From: Candidatus Doudnabacteria bacterium
GTDB lineage: Bacteria > Patescibacteriota > Doudnabacteria > UBA920
Length of the DNA: 64,000 bases
Direction of reading: 5' to 3'
Assembly (NCBI GenBank): GCA_016218585.1
Contig: JACRDK010000025.1
Location: 27,637 to 91,636 of the forward strand
Part shown: piece by piece, positions 1 through 7,927 of the stretch
How positions within the stretch are numbered: position 1 is the stretch's first letter
Layout: the number at the start of each line of letters is the position of its first letter
The notes under the pieces: model-generated
What the model saw: only the letters and a program-made list of their open reading frames with translations
What the model was told of the DNA's origin: nothing
Database searches by the model: none
Made by a program: the position numbers and the translations under genes

Positions 1-112
1 AAAAAAATTACCGCGCAATCCCCTGCCCCGTATTGATTGTATGAAATTAAATTTCCTTTTACTATTATTTGTTCCGGCATAATTAAATCATATCACTACC
101 TTATATTATGAC

Positions 113-134
113 AAAACTCCGGTTTAACCGGAGC
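113..134 (-). terminator. Intrinsic terminator downstream of tRNA-Pro
   Basis: On the minus strand it reads GGCTCCGG-TTAAA-CCGGAG-TTTT. Confidence 0.6.
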
Positions 135-239
135 CTTACCGTGGCCGATATGTCTGTTAATTCGGCTCTTAAATGCCCTATCAGACAACAGAACCGCCAA
201 GCTGACATTAAACTTAAAATGATTAGCTTGTCGAATCCG

Positions 240-313
240 TGGTCGGGATGCTGGGAATCGAACCCAGTCTCCACGCACCCGAAGCGTGTGTACTACCGGT
301 ATACTACATCCCG
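240..313 (-). tRNA. tRNA-Pro(CGG)
   Basis: Cloverleaf CGGGATG...CATCCCG-ACCA, anticodon loop TTCGGGT, T-loop GGTTCGATTCC. Confidence 0.95.
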
Positions 314-370
314 AAAACTAAATAATTATAGCTATTTTTGACTATTTTGGCAATGCTTATACACAAATTA

Positions 371-398
371 AAACCCGCCTCAATGGGCGGGAGTTTTG
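371..398. terminator. Terminator-like hairpin downstream of tRNA-Ala(GGC)
   Basis: AAACCCGCC-TCAATG-GGCGGGAGTTTT. Confidence 0.6.
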
Positions 399-404
399 TT
401 GAAT

Positions 405-480
405 TGGTGGACCCTACCGGATTTGAACCGGTCGCCTCTTCCATGCCATGGAAGCGCTCTACCAAATGAGCTAAGGGCCC
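405..480 (-). tRNA. tRNA-Ala(GGC)
   Basis: GGGCCCTTAGCTCATTTGGTAGAGCG-CTTCC-ATGGCAT-GGAAG...GGTTCAAATCC...GGGTCCACCA, with a G3:U70 pair. Confidence 0.95.
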
Positions 481-731
481 AAAATAATTTGCTCTTGCAC
501 TATTTTCTTAATAATTTCTTTGTTTTTATAATTTTTTAGCCTCAATTCTGTCTGCACCGCTTCTTCTCTTGATGAATACTGTTGTTTAAAAACTAGCCTC
601 CAAGGAATTCCATATTTAATGGATTTTGTCTTTCCTGAATTATGCTCAATAACTCTGTTTTCAGGATAGGCTGAAGACCCTATATAAAACCTACCATTTT
701 CATTTTGCAATATATAAACCCAGCAAATCAT
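471..731 (-). CDS. Small GIY-YIG nuclease family protein (UPF0213-like)
   Basis: Motifs WVYIL..FYIGS..R...HN.G..E..LK. Likely start ATG at 731 (the ORF track extends to 776, into the tRNA remnant). The stop codon lies inside tRNA-Ala. Confidence 0.88.
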   Translation of the reverse strand: MICWVYILQNENGRFYIGSSAYPENRVIEHNSGKTKSIKYGIPWRLVFKQQYSSREEAVQTELRLKNYKNKEIIKKIVQEQIILGP

Positions 732-740
732 ATAGTTCCT

Positions 741-791
741 GTCGCCTCCCCGATGTACATCGGGGCGCTCTACCAAATGAGCTAAGGGCCC
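741..791 (-). pseudogene. Duplicated 5' half of tRNA-Ala(GGC) with the anticodon arm replaced by a palindrome
   Basis: GGGCCCTTAGCTCATTTGGTAGAGCGC is identical to the tRNA 5' end, followed by CCCCGATGTACATCGGGG and then AGGCGAC as in the tRNA. Confidence 0.9.
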
Positions 792-841
792 AAAATATAT
801 GCCTTGATATTCTACATCATATTTCGTTTTCTTTCAATCCC

Positions 842-1201
842 CTATTGAGCCAATTGAACTTTAACTTGCCTGCCATCTGGCAAAATAATCGTCGTATCGC
901 CTGCTTGCTGACTACTGGTGCCGCTTTGTTGATTCTCCCCGCCAATATTCATTACTCTTTTCGCTTCATTAAAGAATAGTTGATAGTCTTTTAATTGCTG
1001 CTTAAATTGCGCGGTTAAGCCTAACTTATTTAAAAACCATCCTAAAATTACAGCAACTAAAGCCAAACCAACAATATAACCAAGAGCCGAAAACATGCCG
1101 TTAAAAAAAGATCTCCAAATTCCAGGACTCTTTTTTGCTTTAATTTCCGTTAAATGCAAGTTAATTCCCGAAAGGTAATTTTTTAGCTCTGGGTCTAACA
1201 T
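842..1201 (-). CDS. Hypothetical membrane protein (DUF5665-like)
   Basis: 119-aa ORF with W..F..G...ALG..VG hydrophobic segment. Confidence 0.6.
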   Translation of the reverse strand: MLDPELKNYLSGINLHLTEIKAKKSPGIWRSFFNGMFSALGYIVGLALVAVILGWFLNKLGLTAQFKQQLKDYQLFFNEAKRVMNIGGENQQSGTSSQQAGDTTIILPDGRQVKVQLAQ

Positions 1202-1230
1202 AAATTTTGTTTTGTTATTTTAATATTTTC

Positions 1231-1305
1231 TGGTGCCCTCGGCAGGAATCGAACCTACATCTCATCCTTAGGACGGATTTGCTCTATCCATTGAGCTACA
1301 AGGGC
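1231..1305 (-). tRNA. tRNA-Arg(CCT)
   Basis: GCCCTTGTAGCTCAATGGATAGAGCA...GTCCTAA...GGTTCGATTCC...GAGGGCACCA. Confidence 0.93.
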
Positions 1306-1427
1306 GACACAACTGTGAAAATTATAACATAAATATACTACTTATGTTAGAATCAAGGAGGATTGTTAAATTATGAAAATTTATTATTTATACAATAAAT
1401 ATTTAAAATAGTCAACTTATTATATAA

Positions 1428-2822
1428 ATGCCAAATCTTCCTATAAATAAGCTAAATATTGCCAAAGCTTTCTATCTCCTTTTTTTAGCAAGCCTTTTCT
1501 TCCCTTTAAGGTTCGTCTTTCCTACTAAAGATGCCTTTGAAACAGGAGCTTATTCTGATTTTACTTCAATTTCCTTATATTTAAGCGATATTTTTTTATT
1601 TTTGACTCTTTTATTTCTCTTTCTACCACGTGGGATTGCCTCTCTACCACGTGGTGAGGGTATTCCACCACGTGGTGAGATAGATATATCACGTGGTAGA
1701 ATTGCTTTTTTACTTAAAAATAAGCCATTATCTTTATTTATATTTTGTTTTTGGCTTATTTTAGGCTTATTTTGGCATTTTAAAACTCTTTCGGAAATAA
1801 ACTGGTGGTTCTTCTTTAAATACCTTGAATTAATTGTTGCATATGGAACAACTGCCTATTTGTTCAGAGAAACATCAATAAAAACCACATTTCTTAAGGT
1901 TTTTGTGTTTTTCTCAAGTTTTCAATCGATTTTGGCAATTTCACAGTTTTTTGCGCAAAAATCCATAGGATTGCAAAAAATAGGGGAACAGGTACTATCT
2001 CCTAGCATTTTGGGAATTGCTAAAATTGTTTCAAGTGGAACAACCTACATTAGAGGGTACGGAACCTTTCCGCATCCAAATTTACTTTCAGCCTTTCTAT
2101 GTGTTAGTTTAATAATCTGCTTGCACCTGCTTGTATCCAGCCGGAAGCCAATTGAAAAGATTAGTTACTTAGCTCTATTGATAATTAATGCAGTTGGGTT
2201 AACGGTAACTTTTTCCAGAGCTGGATTTTTAGGAGCCGGGGTTGCCATACTTATATTTTTTGGATTATTCTCATGGAAAAATTGGCAAAGTAATATTAAA
2301 ACAATTCTTTATTCGCTATTAATTATGGCCTTGCTAGGCTTGGGTCTAATTTTAATTTTTAAACCTTTCTTAGAAAGCAGGGCAACAGTTAGCGATCAAG
2401 CTTCGCTTGAGCGAATCTTTTACGCCAAAACTGCCTGGCAAATGATAAAACACCAGCCAATCTTTGGCGTTGGCATAGGGGAGAGTGTGATTCACATGCA
2501 ACAATACACTCAAATAAAACTTTGGCCGTGGCAAATCCAACCGGTCCATAACTATTTTATTTTAGCGACTGCCGAACTTGGCTTTCCTGGGGCCATTATT
2601 TTGCTCTGGATATTTTTCGCGCACATTAAAATTATTATTTTGAATTTAAAGAAAGAATTTTCTGAATATTCATTCCTACTGCTTGCGATTTTTCTGCCAT
2701 TCCTTATTCTCATGCAATTTGATCATTACTTTTATACTTTACAGCAAACCCAAATGCTACTTTGGATATTTTTGGGAATAATTCTTAGCCAACAAAAAAC
2801 TCCCCAAACAAGGGAGTTATAA
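1428..2822 (+). CDS. O-antigen ligase / Wzy_C family membrane protein
   Basis: Multi-TM protein with RGYGTFPHPN, TFSRAG, PIFGVG and PVHN..ELG motifs. Confidence 0.85.
   Translation: MPNLPINKLNIAKAFYLLFLASLFFPLRFVFPTKDAFETGAYSDFTSISLYLSDIFLFLTLLFLFLPRGIASLPRGEGIPPRGEIDISRGRIAFLLKNKPLSLFIFCFWLILGLFWHFKTLSEINWWFFFKYLELIVAYGTTAYLFRETSIKTTFLKVFVFFSSFQSILAISQFFAQKSIGLQKIGEQVLSPSILGIAKIVSSGTTYIRGYGTFPHPNLLSAFLCVSLIICLHLLVSSRKPIEKISYLALLIINAVGLTVTFSRAGFLGAGVAILIFFGLFSWKNWQSNIKTILYSLLIMALLGLGLILIFKPFLESRATVSDQASLERIFYAKTAWQMIKHQPIFGVGIGESVIHMQQYTQIKLWPWQIQPVHNYFILATAELGFPGAIILLWIFFAHIKIIILNLKKEFSEYSFLLLAIFLPFLILMQFDHYFYTLQQTQMLLWIFLGIILSQQKTPQTREL
1622..1700. repeat. Four CACGTG-core palindromic units at exact 21-bp spacing inside the CDS
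   Basis: CACGTG at 1627, 1648, 1669 and 1690; the units approximate TCTACCACGTGGTAGA. Confidence 0.9.
1835..1850. promoter_or_regulatory. Degenerate parS-like site
   Basis: TGTTGCATATGGAACA compared with parS TGTTTCACGTGAAACA. Confidence 0.35.
2027..2042. promoter_or_regulatory. parS-like site
   Basis: TGTTTCAAGTGGAACA, one mismatch from the parS variant TGTTTCACGTGGAACA, about 50 kb from oriC. Confidence 0.55.
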
Positions 2823-2865
2823 TTCTGTAGGTTTCGGTAGTGTTTCAATTTCGTGGTTCTGTAGT

Positions 2866-3342
2866 TTATTTATGGTATTCTTTGCCGGCCAAGATTGTAC
2901 AAGCTCTATAAATTTGTTCTTCTAAAAGAATCCTTGCCATATTATGAGGGAAAGTAAGAGGGGACAAAGAAATTGAATAATTGGAATAACTTTTTAAACT
3001 AGAATGCAGCCCAACACCGCTGCCAATTACAAAAATTAATTCTTTGCCCAAGCCGCCAGTTCTTTCTAAAAATGTTGCAAAATCAGGAGAATTTCTTAAA
3101 GTTCCTTTTTCTTCAAGCAAAATAACTATTCCATTTTCCGGCAATTGCTTAATTATTTTTTCCGCTTCTTGTTCTTTAATTTTTTCTATTTCCTGATTTT
3201 TACCATAGCCAATTTCGGGTAATTCAATTACCTTAATTTTAGCAAAAGGGGATAAGCGCTTTAAATATTCCGCTTCCAATTCTTTGTAAGCTGATTCCTT
3301 AAATTTTCCTAAAACAATAATCTTTATTTTAAACATATTCAA
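2866..3342 (-). CDS. rlmH: 23S rRNA (pseudouridine1915-N3)-methyltransferase
   Basis: IKIIVLGK..E..Y.KRL, FVIGS..G, TFPH.MARILLEEQIYRA..I..G..YHK. Confidence 0.95.
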   Translation of the reverse strand: MNMFKIKIIVLGKFKESAYKELEAEYLKRLSPFAKIKVIELPEIGYGKNQEIEKIKEQEAEKIIKQLPENGIVILLEEKGTLRNSPDFATFLERTGGLGKELIFVIGSGVGLHSSLKSYSNYSISLSPLTFPHNMARILLEEQIYRACTILAGKEYHK

Positions 3343-3375
3343 ATAATACTACTGAATGCTCAATTTGAGCAAATT

Positions 3376-3410
3376 AAAAAACAGCCTTCCGGTAAAGAAG
3401 GCTGTTTTTT
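3376..3410. terminator. Intrinsic terminator of the large secreted-protein gene
   Basis: AAAAAACAGCCTTC-CGGTAAA-GAAGGCTGTTTTTT. Confidence 0.8.
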
Positions 3411-3420
3411 AATTTAGGAA

Positions 3421-6400
3421 CTACTTTTTAAACAAAGCTCCGGCCTGCGCCCAATTATCTGTCTTGGAAAGAGATAAGGTAGCGGCGACTGCGGAAGTTG
3501 TGGTTTGAATTTTGTAAGCCATAGCTAAAGGTTGATAGGTGCTGGCATTTTCATTTGTTACCGCAACCAGAGTAAACCCTGATCCTGCGCTGGTAACTTC
3601 GGTGTTGTCATGAGTACCCGCGGAAATTACCAGTTCGCCAGTTGCTACAGGAGTCATATTGCCGGAGGAAGGAGTGGAGCTGCGGCCAGTTGCGCCTGCT
3701 GTTTTGTCTAATGGCGCAGAAGTATTGGCCCCGGTAAATTCCGCAACAATAATTGAAAGCTCGCTGCCGCCGGATGCGGTTTTAAAAGTGATTGTATCGC
3801 TGCCGCCGGCAACATTTTTTGCGTAGTAAATTCCAGTATAAGCTCCGCCGGAAGTTTTTCTGGTAGTTCCGGCAAGGGTATATACATTACCAAGGCTGTC
3901 TGTGATTGCGGTGGCTGCTGGCGCGCTGGGCCAGCTGGAAATTGCTACTACAATTAAATTCCCGGCAGTAACTGGCGATGCTAAAGCAACAGTGGCCTGT
4001 GAAGTATTTAGTACATTATTTGAGCCTTTTTGTACCAGCGTTATTGAAGTTGGGGCTGTGTTTGAAACTGTAACATTTACAGTGGCGCTGGTGCCAACAT
4101 TGCCAGCCAGGTCATAGGCCTTGGCAATAATCGCATGAGATGCGTTATTGGACTGAGTAGTGTCATAAGACCATGCATACGGGGTGGAGGTATCTGTAGC
4201 CTTTAAAACTCCATCCAGATAAAATTCAACTCTAACTACACCCACATTATCCGAGGCTGATGCCGCAACATTAACGGTACCGGAAACAGCTGCTCCGTCT
4301 GTAGGGGAAGTAATGCTAACTATTGGGGCAGTGGCATCCGGAGCACTTGCAGTGGTGAATGTAAAATCTCCCGAGGCCGCAAGATTGCCCGCCGCGTCTT
4401 TTGACCTAACCCGAAAATGATAGGTTGTTGCGGCTGATAATCCGCTCAACAAAACAGAGTGAGAAACTGTAAGGTTTGTGTCTAGCGATGAAAGAGTGCC
4501 ATAACTTATTGTTGGCCCAAATTCTACCTGAGAATCAGAATTTTCATTAGTGGCCCAGGCAATTGTTGCTTGGGCAACGATTATTGAAGAAGAGGCAACG
4601 GAAGAAATTACCGGAGGTGTTACGTCTGCCTGGGTCTGCGTAGTTGCGCTTGCCGGATTTGACTGTGCAGAGTAATTTCCGGCTGCGTCAAAAGCGTCTA
4701 CCATGTAAGAATAAGTGGTTCCGGAATTTAAGCCTGAGTTGTTATAACTTGCTGATGTTGTAGTTGCAATTTGTACGCCATTTCTGTACACACGATAACC
4801 GACAACGCCTACGTTATCTGTAGCAGCTGTCCAAGTCAAACTTATTGTGGATACAGAGGTTGCGGTCGCAATAAGATTGGTTGGAACCGTTGGCGCAGTT
4901 GTGTCAGGCGTTATTGTTCCCACAGTAACCGCCACATCAACCCAATAATTTGTCGCCATATAAGACGATGACGGGAACACTCTGGAAGACCCATATGCAT
5001 ACAGGCCGGCATTTACCGGAGCGTGAAGGGGAGAGTTATCATACTTCACGGTGAAATAATTTTTATCAAACGCATAGTGAGCAGAAGGCGCATGGTAAGA
5101 AACAACATAAGTTGTGCCTGCGGTAATTGCTACTGGCGAAGACAGGGTAACTGTTTGCCAGCCTGAAGAAGTTTCATTGCTGGCAGTGCCGCTTGCTAAA
5201 AGAGTGCCACTGTTGCTCCACAAAGCAACCGTATGGGTTCCGGTGTTTGCCGCAGACTTATAAAATTTTATAGCTGTAACTTGTCCGGCAAAATCAGAAG
5301 TAAACTTTATGCCCAATTCAACCGAACTGTCTGTACCAACATCAGCCACAGTTGGAACATTAGAACCAAACAGTGTATAAGTTTGGGAGGCGCTGGCTAA
5401 AGTGGATGTAGCAAAGCCGGCAGACAGCGCGGAATAATTTCCAGAAGCGTCAAAAGCGCTTACGTTATAGGTATAAGCGGTACTAGCCGAAAGACCGGTA
5501 TTGCTATAACTTAACGCTGTTGTGGTGGCAATTTGCACACCGCCGCGGAACAATTTATAACCCGCTACGCCGACATTGTCGGTAGAAGCTGACCAGGATA
5601 AATTAATTGAAGAGGAGGTAACATTCGTAGCGGTTAACCCTGTTGGAACAGACGGCGCTGATAAATCTGGATTTAAAGTTGTCGCCGAAACGCTGCCAGA
5701 TTGAGCAGAAATATTTAATGATGCGTCGTAAGCCGCAACTGTATAGGCATACTGAGTTCCCGCTGCAAGTCCGCCATCGGCATAGTTAAGGGCTGTTGTA
5801 GTGGCGACTAAATTGCCGTCTCTAAAAATTTGATATCCGGCAACCCCCACGTTGTCGGTTGCCGCAGACCAAGACAAATTAATTACCGCAGCGGAAACCG
5901 GTTGAGCAGTTAGGTTTGCCGGAATAGATGGAGCTTCTATGTCTGGACTAAACGTGGTCGCGTTTGAAGCTGTCGACTGCGCTGAAGAATTACCAGCTGC
6001 ATCGTAAGCGGATACGGTATAGCTATACTGCGTGCCAGCAGAGAGATTCATATCTGCAAAATTGGTTATTGTCGTGGTGGCAATTTGCAAGCCATCGCGA
6101 AAAACTTTGTAACCCGCAACCGAAACATTGTCGGTACTAGCAGACCATGACAGATTAATTTGAGTAGTAGACACAGGCGAAGCTGAAAGATTTGTCGGAA
6201 CTGAGGGACTGGTGGTGTCAGGGGCATTATTTAAAACTATCGCTTTATAGTACAGGGTGGCATGATGATCATATCCGGCTGTGCCGTCATTTTCATCGTA
6301 AAAAAGCACGTCGATAATTCCCGGGTTATTATCACGCAAGGGATCAAAACGCACTGAGGCAGAACCGTCTAATCCGGGAGTTCCGGCTGTAGTATTGGTG

Positions 6401-7626
6401 CTATTGCGCGGGTCAAGCTGGGAATATGCGCTCCAAGAATTTCCAGGGCCGCCAATTTGATATTCATAGCCGCCACCCGAAATATTAATATCGTGGCCAA
6501 GAAAAACCCAAGGATCTCCGGTTTGAGAATAATACATTTGGGGCGAGTGAGTGTACCATGTTCCATTAGGGTTGCTTGGTCCGCCTGCTGTTCCTGGGGG
6601 AGTATTATCGGTCCATACTCCGGTAGAATTGCGATAACGCAAACGAACATAATTGTCCGGACCATTTGGGACACCATCTAAATATAAAACATGAGGCTGG
6701 CTATTTAAGTCTGTAGTAATGTTTGGACCCTGGTCGTCATTGGTAGTAGACAATACTAAGCTATCTCCAGCGCTAACTGTTTCTACCGCACTCCAAACGC
6801 CGCTTGCGTCTCTATGCGCATACTTAATAATTGAATGGGTTGCCAAAGAATTATCCAGCCAGGCCGCATGAAGCGTGCCGTCTAAAGCGGTAACTAATGA
6901 TCCGTGCATAACATTCGTACCGGTTGCGATTGTCGTTGGAGAGCTCCAAGTCCCGCCAATCTTATTTACATACCTCATACTATTTGAGGTGCCGGAGCTG
7001 GGATAAATAATATTAGGAACATCGTTTGCGTCCAAAGTCATTGCCAACTGACCGGTACGGGTCCATCCGGTTCCGGAGGAAGTTAAGGCGCCTGTTGCCG
7101 CAACTTCTCGAGCGCCCCAAGTATCGGTTATAGTTGAATAAGTCTGATAATAGACGTTTCCATTACTGCCATCAATATAAGCGACACCAATTATACCATT
7201 AGAGTTTAAACGAATATCCGGACTAAGCAGGGTTGACGCAACGCCTCCGGCAAACACACAGCTTCCGCTTACTGCAGCGGTCGGACGGTTTGCCGCATCT
7301 TGTTCTGTAAAACTAGTTGGCACCGCGCTATTACTAGCTTGTGCGCCAAGGCCCTTCCAAATATGAATAACGCCTTTCCCTCCGACTTGGCAAGGATTAT
7401 CATCTGCGGTTACAACGTAAACCACATTATTACTTGTGCGAACAACTTGCCTGGTAGTGTGCTCAACAAATCCGGAACCCACTGTTAACCCAACCTGGCT
7501 TGCCGCCGGAACTGGGGTAGGGGCTGCGGCATAGGCATTCAAGCCGCCGGCTAAAAACAAAAAAAGAATACTGGACAAAAAACTTATTTTTTTTCCAATA
7601 CCCTTAAAAAACAACACATTGTTCAT
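3421..7626 (-). CDS. Large secreted multidomain protein: signal peptide, propeller-like N-domain, four FN3 repeats, DUF4082-like, Ig-like (Big) domains
   Basis: N-terminal signal (…NAYA); repeated APSVPT.L.A...S.I.LSW.A.TDNVGV.GY..R.G; SVELG.KF..G....I.FYK (DUF4082-like); P.VSITSP.DGA.VSG.V...A.ASDNVGV..VEFY.DG (Ig-like). Confidence 0.85.
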   Translation of the reverse strand: MNNVLFFKGIGKKISFLSSILFLFLAGGLNAYAAAPTPVPAASQVGLTVGSGFVEHTTRQVVRTSNNVVYVVTADDNPCQVGGKGVIHIWKGLGAQASNSAVPTSFTEQDAANRPTAAVSGSCVFAGGVASTLLSPDIRLNSNGIIGVAYIDGSNGNVYYQTYSTITDTWGAREVAATGALTSSGTGWTRTGQLAMTLDANDVPNIIYPSSGTSNSMRYVNKIGGTWSSPTTIATGTNVMHGSLVTALDGTLHAAWLDNSLATHSIIKYAHRDASGVWSAVETVSAGDSLVLSTTNDDQGPNITTDLNSQPHVLYLDGVPNGPDNYVRLRYRNSTGVWTDNTPPGTAGGPSNPNGTWYTHSPQMYYSQTGDPWVFLGHDINISGGGYEYQIGGPGNSWSAYSQLDPRNSTNTTAGTPGLDGSASVRFDPLRDNNPGIIDVLFYDENDGTAGYDHHATLYYKAIVLNNAPDTTSPSVPTNLSASPVSTTQINLSWSASTDNVSVAGYKVFRDGLQIATTTITNFADMNLSAGTQYSYTVSAYDAAGNSSAQSTASNATTFSPDIEAPSIPANLTAQPVSAAVINLSWSAATDNVGVAGYQIFRDGNLVATTTALNYADGGLAAGTQYAYTVAAYDASLNISAQSGSVSATTLNPDLSAPSVPTGLTATNVTSSSINLSWSASTDNVGVAGYKLFRGGVQIATTTALSYSNTGLSASTAYTYNVSAFDASGNYSALSAGFATSTLASASQTYTLFGSNVPTVADVGTDSSVELGIKFTSDFAGQVTAIKFYKSAANTGTHTVALWSNSGTLLASGTASNETSSGWQTVTLSSPVAITAGTTYVVSYHAPSAHYAFDKNYFTVKYDNSPLHAPVNAGLYAYGSSRVFPSSSYMATNYWVDVAVTVGTITPDTTAPTVPTNLIATATSVSTISLTWTAATDNVGVVGYRVYRNGVQIATTTSASYNNSGLNSGTTYSYMVDAFDAAGNYSAQSNPASATTQTQADVTPPVISSVASSSIIVAQATIAWATNENSDSQVEFGPTISYGTLSSLDTNLTVSHSVLLSGLSAATTYHFRVRSKDAAGNLAASGDFTFTTASAPDATAPIVSITSPTDGAAVSGTVNVAASASDNVGVVRVEFYLDGVLKATDTSTPYAWSYDTTQSNNASHAIIAKAYDLAGNVGTSATVNVTVSNTAPTSITLVQKGSNNVLNTSQATVALASPVTAGNLIVVAISSWPSAPAATAITDSLGNVYTLAGTTRKTSGGAYTGIYYAKNVAGGSDTITFKTASGGSELSIIVAEFTGANTSAPLDKTAGATGRSSTPSSGNMTPVATGELVISAGTHDNTEVTSAGSGFTLVAVTNENASTYQPLAMAYKIQTTTSAVAATLSLSKTDNWAQAGALFKK

Positions 7627-7801
7627 AAAATATTTTTAATTATTATTTTGAACTTGATTGGATAATAACCCGAGCAGGGGAATATTGCAACAACCCTATA
7701 ATCCACAGGACTGCGGGCTATTTTACAGCCCAATCCCTTTACCAAAATCCCCAGATGAGTTAAAATTAGTCAGTATTTAATAGGAAAATATTAAACGCCG
7801 T

Positions 7802-7875
7802 GGGCCTGTAGTAAAGTGGTATTACGCGGCATTCGCATTGCCGAGGCGGGGGTTCGATTCCCCCCAGGTCCACCA
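7802..7875 (+). tRNA. tRNA-Ala(CGC)
   Basis: GGGCCTG...CGGCA-TTCGCAT-TGCCG...GGTTCGATTCC...CAGGTCCACCA. Confidence 0.93.
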
Positions 7876-7917
7876 AAGAAAAATCCCGATTTAAAAAATC
7901 GGGATTTTTCTTTGGTG
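7871..7917. terminator. Long bidirectional hairpin that overlaps the tRNA CCA end
   Basis: CACCAAAGAAAAATCCCGATTT-AAA-AAATCGGGATTTTTCTTTGGTG. Confidence 0.8.
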
Positions 7918-7927
7918 TGAAAAAAAT

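Noticed and set aside
229-239. GGATTCGAC resembling the tmRNA 5' region
   Set aside because: There is no GGGG acceptor start, tag ORF or tRNA-like 3' end, and the segment is too short.
732-776. N-terminal extension of the GIY-YIG ORF in the ORF track
   Set aside because: It is translated tRNA remnant and palindrome; the domain starts at ATG 731.
1622-1700. Possible CRISPR array
   Set aside because: The period is only 21 bp, there are no spacer-length unique segments, it lies inside a CDS and no cas genes are present. No CRISPR array was seen anywhere in the window.
4680-6220. Repeated DNA segments as a mobile element or DGR template/variable repeats
   Set aside because: They correspond to FN3 domain repeats with ordinary divergence, and no reverse transcriptase is nearby.
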